Below are positions 37,610 through 48,276 of a stretch of DNA of 64,000 nt, in pieces. Under the pieces are notes generated by a model. That model saw only the letters and a program-made list of their open reading frames with translations, did no database searches and was not told the DNA's origin. The DNA is taken from positions 9,200 through 73,199 of the forward strand of contig DASVYC010000054.1 of NCBI GenBank assembly GCA_036392375.1. The letters are read 5' to 3'. The position numbers and the translations under genes are program-made. Each line of letters begins with the position of its first letter. Within the stretch, counting starts at the first letter, position 1. The stretch comes from Phycisphaerales bacterium. GTDB lineage: Bacteria > Planctomycetota > Phycisphaerae > Phycisphaerales > UBA1924.

Positions 37610-37828
37610 TCAGCGGCGATCACCGGCGAGCTTAATCTGCTGGCCCTTCTCGTGCACCGCGAAGGGGTGGCCGCCGTCCGCGGGGGCCACCTTCATCGCT
37701 GCGAAGTACATCACCACGCACGCAGCCGCGAGTGCGACCACCGCGAGGAACGCCAGCACTGTGTACACATCGAGGCCGCTGCCGCGCCGGGATTTGCCGC
37801 CGGGCATCTGCATTCCGAACTGGGACAT
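37610..37828 (-). CDS. small single-pass membrane protein, hypothetical
   Basis: 72-aa ORF with one hydrophobic helix (VYTVLAFLAVVALAAACVVMYFAAM). It sits 36 nt downstream of the coiled-coil gene on the same strand. Confidence 0.45.
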   Translation of the reverse strand: MSQFGMQMPGGKSRRGSGLDVYTVLAFLAVVALAAACVVMYFAAMKVAPADGGHPFAVHEKGQQIKLAGDRR

Positions 37829-37864
37829 GGAACGCTCCTGGAGTCGGGGTACGGTCGTAGCGGA

Positions 37865-38734
37865 TTACTGCAGACGCGAGGCGACCGAGTCGCCAGCCTT
37901 CACCTCGACCTTGCGGCTGAGCGCGTCCACGCGGGCGATCGCGAACCGCAGGTCGGTCTTCACCACGATCAGGTTCGCGACAAAGTCCTTGCCGCGGCTG
38001 ACGAAGAGCTTCTGGTTCTCGCGGATGCGGTCGTTGCTGCCCAGGTTGATCTTGACCAGCGTCGCGCCGGTCGAGGGGTCGCTGCTGACGGTCTCGACGC
38101 TGCCGGTCACCGGAATGCCCGTGTCGACAAACGCGTCGCCGGCGACGCTGCCCGAGACGCTGGACACCACGCCCATCGACGAGCCGCTCTCGCGGGCGAG
38201 GCGAGCCTCCTCGAGCTGCTCACGCAGCGCACGCACGCTCTGGGTCAGCACCTCGTTCTGGCTCTCCAGGTCGCTGATGCGGTCGTCGGACTGCACGGCC
38301 TGCTCGCGGAAACGCAGCTCGTTCTTGCGAAGAGCCGACACCTCGTCGCGGTAGCCGCTGAGCAGCGTCGCCTGGGTCTTCACCGTCTCGCCCAGCTCGG
38401 CGATCTTCAGGGTGATGGCCTGGAGCTCCTGTTCGGCCTTGGCCTTGCCGCGGGTCAGGTCGGCGTTCACGCGCTCGAGCTCTGCGAGCTTGGAGGACGC
38501 GTCGGCGAGGGCCTTGGACAGGTTGTCACGCTCGGTCTGGGCACGCAGACGCTCCTCGCCCGACTGGGCGGCGTTGGACGCCGCGCCGGCGAGGGCGTTC
38601 TGGCTGCGGGCGACCTCCGCGTCGCGATCGGCGAGAATGCGGTCGGTGTTCACCGAGTAAGCGATGACGAGCGCCGACAGGAACAGGCTCAGAACCGCGG
38701 CGAAGATGACAAGGACTTTCGTGAGCGTCGCCAC
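37865..38734 (-). CDS. membrane-anchored coiled-coil protein with C-terminal beta-rich domain, hypothetical
   Basis: GTG start. N-terminal TM (VLVIFAAVLSLFLSALVIAY), ~170 aa of heptad-rich sequence, then a compact C-terminal domain (ATLVKINLGSNDRIRENQKLFV..VKAGDSV). Confidence 0.6.
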   Translation of the reverse strand: MATLTKVLVIFAAVLSLFLSALVIAYSVNTDRILADRDAEVARSQNALAGAASNAAQSGEERLRAQTERDNLSKALADASSKLAELERVNADLTRGKAKAEQELQAITLKIAELGETVKTQATLLSGYRDEVSALRKNELRFREQAVQSDDRISDLESQNEVLTQSVRALREQLEEARLARESGSSMGVVSSVSGSVAGDAFVDTGIPVTGSVETVSSDPSTGATLVKINLGSNDRIRENQKLFVSRGKDFVANLIVVKTDLRFAIARVDALSRKVEVKAGDSVASRLQ

Positions 38735-39036
38735 TCGTGGCTCCTCTGGTAACTCGGGCGGGCTGCGCCGCCCCTGCGTCTCTCGAACCCGGACGCCGCT
38801 TCGGCGACCGTCCGACCTCGGGAGGGCCGAATCATTCGTCCCTCACCGGCCCCAATCAAATCCTGACCCCAAAGGTTTGGCGCGGCCTGCCGCCAGCAGC
38901 CCGCACCACCACTATCCGCTCCGGGGAGCCGCCAAGTTCCATGAACCCGGACACCTCCCGACGACGCGGGTGGATAGAAGTAACCGATTTTCGCGGGGCT
39001 GTCAACCGGCGCCGGGCCGCATGGCTCCCCGGGCAC

Positions 39037-39972
39037 TCATCCCAGCGCCAGGCTGCTCTCCACGCCCAGGCTGGCGTAGATCTCCTTCGTCGCGGTCGAG
39101 CGGTTCAGCGTGTACAGATGCAGGCCCGCGACGCGGTGATCCAGCAGATCGCGACACTGCTCGGTCGCCCAGTGCACGCCCACGCGCCGGGCCGCGGCCT
39201 CATCGCCGTTGGTCCGGTTGAGGGCCCGCATGAGCGGGGCCGGGTAGCGCGCGCCGAGCGCAAGCTCCGCCATCCGCTTCATGCCCGACATCGAAGTGAT
39301 CGGCATGATGCCGGCGACGATCGGGATCGTGATGCCCGCCAACGCGCACCGATCGCGGTAGTCGTAGAAATCGTGGTTGTCGAAAAAGAGCTGCGTGACG
39401 ATGAAGTCCGCGCCCTCATCGACTTTGGCCTTCATGCGCTCGATCTCGAGCACGCGGTTGGGCGTGTCGGGATGGCCTTCGGGGAAGCCCGCCACCGCGA
39501 CCGCGAAGCCGCGGGGATTAGGGTGACGCCCCGAGGCGTTGAACTTCTTGATCGCCCGCACCAGATCCGCGGCGTGCCGGAAGTGCTTGTACGGGTCCTC
39601 CCCGTCCCAGTTCTTGGGAGCGTCGCCGCGGAGCGCCAGGATCTTGGTGATGCCCGCGTCCGCGTACTTCTGCAGGATCGCGTCGATCTGGGCCTCGTCG
39701 TGGCAGACGCATGTCAGGTGCGGCATCGGGTTGAGCGCGGTCTGCGAATTCAGCCGCACTACAAGCTGATGCGTGAGGTCACGCGTCGAGCCGCCCGCGC
39801 CATACGTGACGCTGACAAACGTCGGGTGCAACTTCTCAAGATCGGCGATGTGCTTGAAGAGTTCCTCAGCGCCCTCGGCGGTTTTGGGCGGGAAGAACTC
39901 GAACGAGAACGTGCTCTTGCCCTTGGCGAAGAGGTCGCGGATATCGGTGAGCGAGGTGGCAGCGGGCGTCAT
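39037..39972 (-). CDS. metF: methylenetetrahydrofolate reductase
   Basis: 311-aa ORF with FSFEFFPPKT and SVTYGAGGSTR motifs. MetF-like over its full length. Confidence 0.9.
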   Translation of the reverse strand: MTPAATSLTDIRDLFAKGKSTFSFEFFPPKTAEGAEELFKHIADLEKLHPTFVSVTYGAGGSTRDLTHQLVVRLNSQTALNPMPHLTCVCHDEAQIDAILQKYADAGITKILALRGDAPKNWDGEDPYKHFRHAADLVRAIKKFNASGRHPNPRGFAVAVAGFPEGHPDTPNRVLEIERMKAKVDEGADFIVTQLFFDNHDFYDYRDRCALAGITIPIVAGIMPITSMSGMKRMAELALGARYPAPLMRALNRTNGDEAAARRVGVHWATEQCRDLLDHRVAGLHLYTLNRSTATKEIYASLGVESSLALG

Positions 39973-40078
39973 GCGAGAGTGTCCGTGATGCTCCGTCCGT
40001 GGAGGTTCTGGAAAGACGACGGCGGGCTCTCACCCACCGGCGTTGATGTCTGTTTCGCCGGCTGGAAGCCGGTCTGAT

Positions 40079-41596
<1,518 letters not shown>

Positions 41597-41671
41597 TTCG
41601 ATCCGCTCCTGAGGTGAGAAACTCGAGACACAGTCTGCAGCCCGACGCGGCTCCTCCGCGCCGAGCAGAAT

Positions 41672-42664
41672 TCACTTGCGTTTACTCTTCGCGCTATCAC
41701 CCGCCACCCGCCCCACCGCCACGAACAACCCGGGCCCACGAGCGTCGGGCTCCACCGGAAGTTCCCGGAAACTCATCGGCTCCAATCCCGCGGCGGCGAA
41801 GTGCTGGTGCACCTCTTCCCGCGAGAAACCAAGGTGCTTGTGCCCCATCAGGTGCCGATATTCGGCCCGCTCGTGGCGCAGCATGTCGATCACCAGCACA
41901 CGTCCGGGAATCGGCTCGCGACGCAGGATGCGGGACGCTTCGCGGAGGGGTGCGTCCGGAAGCTCGACATGGTGCAACACCAGCCCGAAGACCGCGATGT
42001 CCACGCTCATCGCCTTGAGCGAGAGGGCCGTGAGATCGCTGGTCACGAAGTCCACGTTGCGGACGCCCTTGAGCCGCTGCCTGGCGGCATCGATCATCGG
42101 GCCCGACTGATCCACCGCGATCACCCGCTGCACGATCGGCGCCAGGAGCTCCGCGACGTTGCCCGTGCCGCAGCCAAGGTCCGCCACCACCCACGGCCCG
42201 GCGAGCAGCTCGAGCAGCGCGTGGGCGGTGAATCGCGTTCCGAAGAGGTCCTGCCGCACCGCGTCCCACTCGCCGGCGACGCGACCGAAGTACGACTGGC
42301 TGTCCGTCCGCCGCTCCGCGAGCACGGCCTCGACTCGGCGGGCGTCTTCCACGGCATCGGCGCGATCGGCATTCGATGGCTGCTCGCGGATCGTGAGCCA
42401 GAGTGCCCGCTCCGCAACCGACAGGTCGTCGAGCACCATGCGGTAGAACGTCGCCGTGCCCTCGCTGCGACGCTCCAGCCACCCCGCGTCCGCCAGCACC
42501 TTCAGGTGTCGGCTGATGGTCGACTGCGGGCTCTGGAAGACCTTGGCGAGCTCGCCCACCGACAACTCGTGCGACTCGAGCACACGCATCACGCGGAGCC
42601 GGGTTCGGTCCGATAGCACGCCGAGGCGATCGGCCATGGAGATGTCTGCGAGCCGCTCTTTCAT
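41672..42664 (-). CDS. sahR: ArsR-family wHTH fused to SAM-methyltransferase-like domain (SahR-like regulator)
   Basis: Start at the ATG ending at 42664 (MKERLADISM). wHTH LSVGELAKVFQSPQSTISRHLKVLADAGWL; MTase motif I VADLGCGTGN. It lies directly upstream of ahcY-metF on the same strand. Confidence 0.72.
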   Translation of the reverse strand: MKERLADISMADRLGVLSDRTRLRVMRVLESHELSVGELAKVFQSPQSTISRHLKVLADAGWLERRSEGTATFYRMVLDDLSVAERALWLTIREQPSNADRADAVEDARRVEAVLAERRTDSQSYFGRVAGEWDAVRQDLFGTRFTAHALLELLAGPWVVADLGCGTGNVAELLAPIVQRVIAVDQSGPMIDAARQRLKGVRNVDFVTSDLTALSLKAMSVDIAVFGLVLHHVELPDAPLREASRILRREPIPGRVLVIDMLRHERAEYRHLMGHKHLGFSREEVHQHFAAAGLEPMSFRELPVEPDARGPGLFVAVGRVAGDSAKSKRK

Positions 42665-42709
42665 CCGTTTATCCGGATGAATGGTAGAAAGGCCCGGCCA
42701 CGGGGTCAA
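42661..42709 (-). promoter_or_regulatory. candidate sahR promoter (TTGACC-N17-TACCAT) with inverted repeat TCATCCG-N6-CGGATGA over the start codon
   Basis: On the minus strand, -35 TTGACC (42704-42709) and -10 TACCAT (42681-42686). The 7-bp-arm palindrome at 42661-42680 covers the predicted +1 region and the ATG. Confidence 0.35.
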
Positions 42710-42737
42710 ACGGTGATTTCTCGCTCGGGGGACCGGC

Positions 42738-43394
42738 TCACTCGGGCTGGAGCACAAAGCTCGGGCCGGGGACCTCGCCCAGTTCGCGGATCCGCTTCTG
42801 GATGTCGGTATTCTTGGGCTCGATGAACATGGCCATCCGCAGGCGGCGGAGCTCGCTGGGCTTGTCGCCGAGCGTGCGGTAGAGATTGGCCAGCTCCATA
42901 TGGGGCTTGATCGACCTCCCGCCATCGAGCTTGGCGGCGGTGATCATTGCCAGCTTGGCCTCGTCCACGTTGCCCAGGATGACCTGGTAGCGCCCAAGGC
43001 GCAGATAATCGCCGCTGCGGCCGCGCTCACGGGCCTCCTTGGTCAGGAACGTGATCAGTTCCTCACGCTCGTTGCAGGCCAGGAGGGCCTCGGCGAGGCC
43101 TGCGGCGTAATCCTCGTTCTCCGGCTTGACCGCGAGGCACTGGATGAACTGCTCGCGGGCGAGCTGGGGCTGATTGAGCTTGAGGTATGTGTTGGCCAGC
43201 GAGTACCGCACGTCCACGCCGTCGGGCTTGCGGGTGATGTATTCCTGATAGTCGGTCAGGGCCGCGTCGTACTCGCCGCGGGCGTAGCTGCGATCGCCCA
43301 ATTCGCGGACGAGGTTCAGATTGCGCTGGGCCTGGCACCCGGCCAGGACGGAGAGACCGATCAGTGAAGCAACAGCGAGCGAGCGGGTAGACAT
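42738..43394 (-). CDS. TPR-repeat lipoprotein
   Basis: Lipobox signal MSTRSLAVASLIGLSVLAGC, followed by several 34-aa TPR-like repeats (YARGEYDAALTDYQEY, LANTYLKLNQPQLAREQF). Confidence 0.7.
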   Translation of the reverse strand: MSTRSLAVASLIGLSVLAGCQAQRNLNLVRELGDRSYARGEYDAALTDYQEYITRKPDGVDVRYSLANTYLKLNQPQLAREQFIQCLAVKPENEDYAAGLAEALLACNEREELITFLTKEARERGRSGDYLRLGRYQVILGNVDEAKLAMITAAKLDGGRSIKPHMELANLYRTLGDKPSELRRLRMAMFIEPKNTDIQKRIRELGEVPGPSFVLQPE

Positions 43395-43468
43395 GGGAAA
43401 CTCCTTGCGGGCAGCCGCAGAGTACGCGATATCGGCACGCAGGGCACGGGCGTTGCAATGTCGGGGGT

Positions 43469-43984
43469 TCAGGCGGAGACCACCACGGTCTCAGGCGTTT
43501 CGTCGATCTTCCACGCCGCGCCGCACTCCGGGCAGACGCGGCAGCGGTCGCTCTCGACCGGGACGCCCTCGAGGGGGTACGAGCAGGCCGGGCACCGGGA
43601 GGCCTCGATCCACCGCGAACGCAGGGCCTCGCGTGCCTCGCCCGCGAGCACCGACAGAGACGTCAGGGAGTTGACCGCGACCAGGATCAGGATCGAGGCG
43701 ACCGGCGTGAACAGGATGAGGAACGCCGCGAACGGCCCGCCGAAACCCAGGAGCCCGAGCATGCACGCGGTGAGCGCGAGCATGATGAGCACCGAGGCCC
43801 CGGCTCGTGAGGCGAGGATGTGCCCCGCCACCGCGAATGTGCCGAGCGCGACCGAGACGAGCGGCCATCGAGCCCCGAGTCGAGCGGGAGCGAACAGGGC
43901 CAGCCGGGCGCGCCGGCCGCGATCGTCGAGGGTGCGGATGCGGAGCACGGAACCTCCGTGGATTCTTCGAAGCCGCGACGGCAT
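43469..43984 (-). CDS. membrane protein with C-terminal CxxC..CxxC zinc ribbon, hypothetical
   Basis: 171-aa ORF with three or four hydrophobic helices. The tail is SRCPACSYPLEG..CRVCPECGAAW. Confidence 0.55.
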   Translation of the reverse strand: MPSRLRRIHGGSVLRIRTLDDRGRRARLALFAPARLGARWPLVSVALGTFAVAGHILASRAGASVLIMLALTACMLGLLGFGGPFAAFLILFTPVASILILVAVNSLTSLSVLAGEAREALRSRWIEASRCPACSYPLEGVPVESDRCRVCPECGAAWKIDETPETVVVSA

Positions 43985-44010
43985 CGGACTCGCGACCGAA
44001 CGCTCTCACC

Positions 44011-44040
44011 AAAGGAAAACCCGCACGCGGAGCGTGCGGG
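44011..44040 (-). terminator. rho-independent terminator after the FG-GAP giant gene
   Basis: 9-bp stem CCCGCACGC/GCGTGCGGG (44020-44040). On the minus strand it is followed by TTTTCCTTT. Confidence 0.7.
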
Positions 44041-44080
44041 TCGGGTGGGTTGGCTTTGAGTCCGAGGCCGAGCGAGCCGC

Positions 44081-47000
44081 TCACTCGCAGAGCAGGCGGT
44101 CGTAGGCGACGGCGAAGATCTGGAAGTCCTCGTCATCGACGATGCCGTCGGCGTTGAGGTCGGCGGGGCAGCCGCCGGGGAGGGAGCCGGAGGCGGCGCT
44201 CATGCCGGGCGCGGAGCAGAAGGCGATGTTGTACGCGCCCACGAAGAGCTCAAAGTCGGAGTCGGCGACCGTGCCGTCGATCGCGAGATCGGCGGCGCAC
44301 GGGGCGCCCAAGGCGCGGATGTTGTTGATGTTGTCGACCGTGCCGGCGATCGAGGCCGAGCGGGTGTAGACGACGTAGCCGTTGGTGTTGAGGCGGCTGC
44401 CGAAGGGGATCACGAGCGAATCGAGGTAAACGACTTCCTTGCCGGCATTGGCGTTGTTGTGGGAGTTGACGAGGTTGACGGTGACGGGCAGCTCGCCGAG
44501 CATGAGTTCGTAGATGGGGAAGGTGCCGGGGACAAAGTAGCGGGTAGCGGCGCCAGCGGGGCCGTAGTCGCGGCTCATGACCTCGAAGGTGTGCATGCCG
44601 GGGCGGCCGTTCATCTGCAGGCTCCCGGAGCGTCCGTCGAAGCGGAGTGCGTCGTTGATCGCGTTGTCGAACCGCCCGCCGATGTCGACGGTGCCGTTCA
44701 TGTTGTAACCGGAGTTCTGCCCGAGGATGAGATCAGACTCGACCCAGAGGCTGGTGGGCAGCGTTAAGCAGCTTGTGCATCCGCCCGGGGCGCCGGGATT
44801 GATGGTGCCGTTGTTGGTGTAGGTGCCGTAGACGCTCAACTGGCTCGTGGTGTTCACCACCGCGTTGGCGTCGATGAGCAGCGAACCGAGGATGGAGGAA
44901 GAGGCGGACACCGTGAGGATGCCCGAGACCCGCATGGCACCGAGCCAGGTGCCGCTGCCGATCATCTTTCCGCCGCCGGTCACGTGAATGGCCGGAGCAG
45001 CGATGTTGACAGCGTTCAGGGTTGCGCCGGTGGAGATCACGAGCGGGCCGCCCGAGTTAAGGGTGGTGTTCCGCAGATTGACGACACCGTCGAGCGTGAT
45101 ACCCGAGGCGGAGCTGATGCGTCCGCCGAGCAGGTCGGAGAGGGAGCCGGTGAAGGCGAGAGGCCCGGTGGAGGTGAGCGCGGCGCCGGCGTCCTGAAGG
45201 ATGACACGTCCGGCGAGGTTGTTCGAGAGCGAGTTCATCGACAGCTCGTGCTTGCCGATGAACAGCGCGCCCGAGCCGCTCTGGCGGATCGAGCCCGCGG
45301 TGATGTCCGAACGGCCCTCGTCGTTGAGGGTGCGGGTGGTGCCGAAGAGATTGACCGAAGCGCCCGGCCCGCTGATCAGGGCCGCGTTGTTGCTCATGTT
45401 GAGCACGGAGTTGGAGTTGAGCGAGATGCTCGACAGGCTGCGGGTGTTGATCCGACGACCGCCGAAGTCCACGCTCGCGTTGCTGAACGCACCTGCGGAG
45501 CCGACGATGGTCTGCCCGTCCGAGGCGCCCGCGAGAATCGACTCGAGCGTCTGGGCCTGCTGCTGGCTGGTCTGGTTCACGGCGGTGATGGTCGTGACGT
45601 CGGGCTGATCAACAACCCAGATCGCGCCCCGGGTGCCGTTGAAGTTGTAGCCGCCGATCACCGCGGTGAAACCCGACATCGAGGCGGTGAAGCCGACGAG
45701 GTCGTTGCCGATCGGCGAGGCGTTGCGGGCGTACTTGCGGGTCTGGACCCACGGGCCCGAGGGGGTGCCGGTGATGGAGGTGAAGCCGTAGAACACGCCC
45801 GCGTCGTTCGCGTTGGCGAGATCGACGAAGGGAGCGCCGACGAAGGCGTTGTTGCCCGAGATCGCGACCGAGTAGCCGAAGATCTCGTCCTTGCGACCGT
45901 CGCTGGCGCTGATCTGGGCGACCTGCGAGAAGTTGCCGTTGGTCTGGCGGGCGAAGATGTAGGCGGTGCCGGCGCTGGACGAGCGGCCGATGGCGCCAGC
46001 GATGATCAGGTCGCCGCTGTTGTGCACGGAGACGCCGAAGAGGTCCTGAGCCTGGCCGCCGTTGGCGTTCAGCTGCTGCAAGAAGCGCCACGAGCCGCCC
46101 TCGCGAACATAGACGTAGGCCGAACCCTGGTTGGCGTTCGCGTTCACCTGACGCCGGTAGGCACCGATCACGAGCACGTCGTTGGTCATCGAGACGGCGA
46201 AACCGAAGTTGTCGTTGGTCGCGGGCGAGTCGTGCGTGAGCTTGGTGATCTGGGTCCAGGTGGTGCCGTTGCGGAGGAACAGGTACACCGAGCCGCAGTT
46301 CACGGCGGCGCCGACGTCGGCGTTTGGTGAACCGATGGCGGCCCAGTCACCGGCGACCGCCACCGCGGCGCCGAAGCTGTCGCCCGCCACCGCGTCCGAG
46401 GCTGTCAGACCCTGCTGCTGGCTCCAGGTCGTGCCCGAGCGCGTGAAGACGTACGCCGCGCCCGCGTCGACCTTGCCCGACACATCGCGTCCGATGGCGC
46501 CGATCACCGCGGTGTTGTTCTGGACCGCGACCGAGCGGCCGAAGAAGTCGCCGGCCGCCGCACCGGTGTGGGTGAGCTTGGCCTGCTCGGAGAACTGCTG
46601 CCCGTTGCGGATCAGCACGTACGCCGAACCCTGCTGAGCGCCGCCGCCCTCGGTGTCCTGGAACGCACCCGAAACGATGGTGTCGCCGTCGATAGCGACC
46701 GAGACGCCGAACAAATCGCCGACGGCGAGCGTACTGACGTTGGGCGTGATGGGACGCGAGAGAGCCGGGTCGTTCTGGATCCACTTGTTGCCGACGCGCG
46801 AGAAGACCCACGCCGTGCCGGCATCGGTCAGAGCGCTGGGCGTGGTCACATCGTCGGCCTGAGCGCCGATGGCCGCGAGGTCGGCGTCGAGCGCGACGCT
46901 CCAGCCGAAGAAGTCGCCCGCGACCGCGTCGGGAGCGGTGAGCACGGCTTCCTGGGTCCAGACGCCGTCCTTGAAACGGAAAGCGAAGGCCACGCCCGCG

Positions 47001-48079
47001 TTGGGGCTGGCGCCGATCGCACGCCCGGTGGCGCCGATCAAGACGGTGTCATCGCCGAGGGCGACCGAGTTGCCCGCGGCGTCGCCGCTGGCCGCGTCGG
47101 ACGCCGCGAGGCGAGTGCCGGAGCTCGACCAGGTCCCGCTGGTGCGGCGGAAGATGTAGACCGAGCCGCGATCGGTACCGCCGATGTCGGACGCGGTCGC
47201 GCCCACGGCAAGGGTATCGCCACGGAGGGCGACCGAGGCGCCGAACGAGGGGGCCGTGTCGGTGCCGATGTCCGGGCTGGTGAAGTTGGTGTCCTCGGTC
47301 CAGACCGTGCCAGCCGCAATCTTGCGCGAATAAAGGAACACGCGTCCCGCGCCCGAGCTCTTGGCCCGGCTGCCGAGGGCGATGGAGTCGCCGCTCACCG
47401 CGACCGCGCCGGGAGCCGCGGTGGTCGGGCCCGAGCCGAGCAGGTCGCTGGCCGCGCCCGTGGAGGCCAGCAGCTTCTGTTGCTGGCTCCAGGTCGAACC
47501 GCTGCGAACAAAGACGTATCCCGCGCCGGCGTCCGAGCCGCCCGCGTTGTCGTCGCTGGGAGCCGAGACGACGATGGTGTCGCCATCGATCGCGACGCCC
47601 TCGCCGAAGAAGTCGCTGGCCGCGCCGTCACCGGCGAGCAGCTTGGCCTGGAACGTCCAGAGGTTGCCGACACGGGTGTACACGAACGCAGCGCCGGCGT
47701 CGGTCGCGGTCTGGTCATCGCTGCGAGCGCCGACGACGATGGTGTCGTTGCTGATCGCGACGGCGCGACCGAACTCGGTCGCGTTGCCGGTCACGGTCGG
47801 GCCCGGGATCTTTTGCTCTTGCGTCCAGCCGCTGCCGTTCCAGCGGTAGATATAGATCGCTCCGTCGGTGTTGGTCACCGAGCCGTTGGCGAGCGGTGCG
47901 CCGACGACCATGACGTCGCCGCTGACGGCGACCGAGTTGCCAAAGAAGCGGCTGGCGGCCGGATCACTGGCGCTGAGCTGCACAGGAGTGCCGAGCTGAG
48001 CCATCGAAAGCGGAGCGGCCAGGGCCAATGCGGCCAGCAGAGCCGAGCGAGTCAGGGTCTTGGGCATAAACGTCCTCAT
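44081..48079 (-). CDS. giant secreted protein: 14 FG-GAP repeats + beta-helix-like repeat region + two Cys-bracketed dockerin-like modules
   Basis: Start at the ATG ending at 48079 (MRTFMPKTLTRSALLAALALAAPLSMAQ, a signal peptide). FG-GAP units of the type DFFGxSVAxxGDTxVxGA appear 14 times. Central Ser/Asn/Gly-rich beta-strand repeats. C-terminal CAADLAIDGTVADSDFELFVGAYNIAFC and CPADLNADGIVDDEDFQIFAVAYDRLLC. Confidence 0.8.
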   Translation of the reverse strand: MRTFMPKTLTRSALLAALALAAPLSMAQLGTPVQLSASDPAASRFFGNSVAVSGDVMVVGAPLANGSVTNTDGAIYIYRWNGSGWTQEQKIPGPTVTGNATEFGRAVAISNDTIVVGARSDDQTATDAGAAFVYTRVGNLWTFQAKLLAGDGAASDFFGEGVAIDGDTIVVSAPSDDNAGGSDAGAGYVFVRSGSTWSQQQKLLASTGAASDLLGSGPTTAAPGAVAVSGDSIALGSRAKSSGAGRVFLYSRKIAAGTVWTEDTNFTSPDIGTDTAPSFGASVALRGDTLAVGATASDIGGTDRGSVYIFRRTSGTWSSSGTRLAASDAASGDAAGNSVALGDDTVLIGATGRAIGASPNAGVAFAFRFKDGVWTQEAVLTAPDAVAGDFFGWSVALDADLAAIGAQADDVTTPSALTDAGTAWVFSRVGNKWIQNDPALSRPITPNVSTLAVGDLFGVSVAIDGDTIVSGAFQDTEGGGAQQGSAYVLIRNGQQFSEQAKLTHTGAAAGDFFGRSVAVQNNTAVIGAIGRDVSGKVDAGAAYVFTRSGTTWSQQQGLTASDAVAGDSFGAAVAVAGDWAAIGSPNADVGAAVNCGSVYLFLRNGTTWTQITKLTHDSPATNDNFGFAVSMTNDVLVIGAYRRQVNANANQGSAYVYVREGGSWRFLQQLNANGGQAQDLFGVSVHNSGDLIIAGAIGRSSSAGTAYIFARQTNGNFSQVAQISASDGRKDEIFGYSVAISGNNAFVGAPFVDLANANDAGVFYGFTSITGTPSGPWVQTRKYARNASPIGNDLVGFTASMSGFTAVIGGYNFNGTRGAIWVVDQPDVTTITAVNQTSQQQAQTLESILAGASDGQTIVGSAGAFSNASVDFGGRRINTRSLSSISLNSNSVLNMSNNAALISGPGASVNLFGTTRTLNDEGRSDITAGSIRQSGSGALFIGKHELSMNSLSNNLAGRVILQDAGAALTSTGPLAFTGSLSDLLGGRISSASGITLDGVVNLRNTTLNSGGPLVISTGATLNAVNIAAPAIHVTGGGKMIGSGTWLGAMRVSGILTVSASSSILGSLLIDANAVVNTTSQLSVYGTYTNNGTINPGAPGGCTSCLTLPTSLWVESDLILGQNSGYNMNGTVDIGGRFDNAINDALRFDGRSGSLQMNGRPGMHTFEVMSRDYGPAGAATRYFVPGTFPIYELMLGELPVTVNLVNSHNNANAGKEVVYLDSLVIPFGSRLNTNGYVVYTRSASIAGTVDNINNIRALGAPCAADLAIDGTVADSDFELFVGAYNIAFCSAPGMSAASGSLPGGCPADLNADGIVDDEDFQIFAVAYDRLLCE
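45600..47960 (-). repeat. 14 tandem FG-GAP coding repeats (~58 aa each) inside the giant gene
   Basis: Units read from the translation run from SRFFGNSVAVSGDVMVVGA to NDLVGFTASMSGFTAVIGG. Fourteen repeats are consistent with two seven-bladed beta-propellers. Confidence 0.7.
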
Positions 48080-48276
48080 GTGGGTTGTGCGACGGGCGGG
48101 GTCTACGGGCGGAAGACTGACCTGCCGCGACTTGATCCAATCAGATGAAAAGGGATGTGTCAAGGGCCTGTGGGGCTTGCAACGCTGCGAAAGCCCAAAC
48201 TACTTCGGCGGGGTTCCGGCAATTTCTGCACGATCCGGGTGGTGGTACCTCTGGGAGGCACAGGGGTGCCCGCGGA

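Noticed and set aside
41597-41671. SAH riboswitch upstream of ahcY.
   Set aside because: The 75-nt leader lacks the conserved AACGGCGCUC and GCUCAGGA-type elements. It shows only one simple hairpin plus an SD. Regulation is more plausibly via the adjacent SahR-like protein.
48135-48163. Promoter for the FG-GAP giant gene (minus strand TTGACA-N17-TTGGAT), and a pdhB promoter (GCGACA-N17-TAGAAT at 21298-21326).
   Set aside because: In each case one hexamer is good but its partner is poor. Without TSS data these are not better than chance in 64 kb, so they were left out of the feature list.
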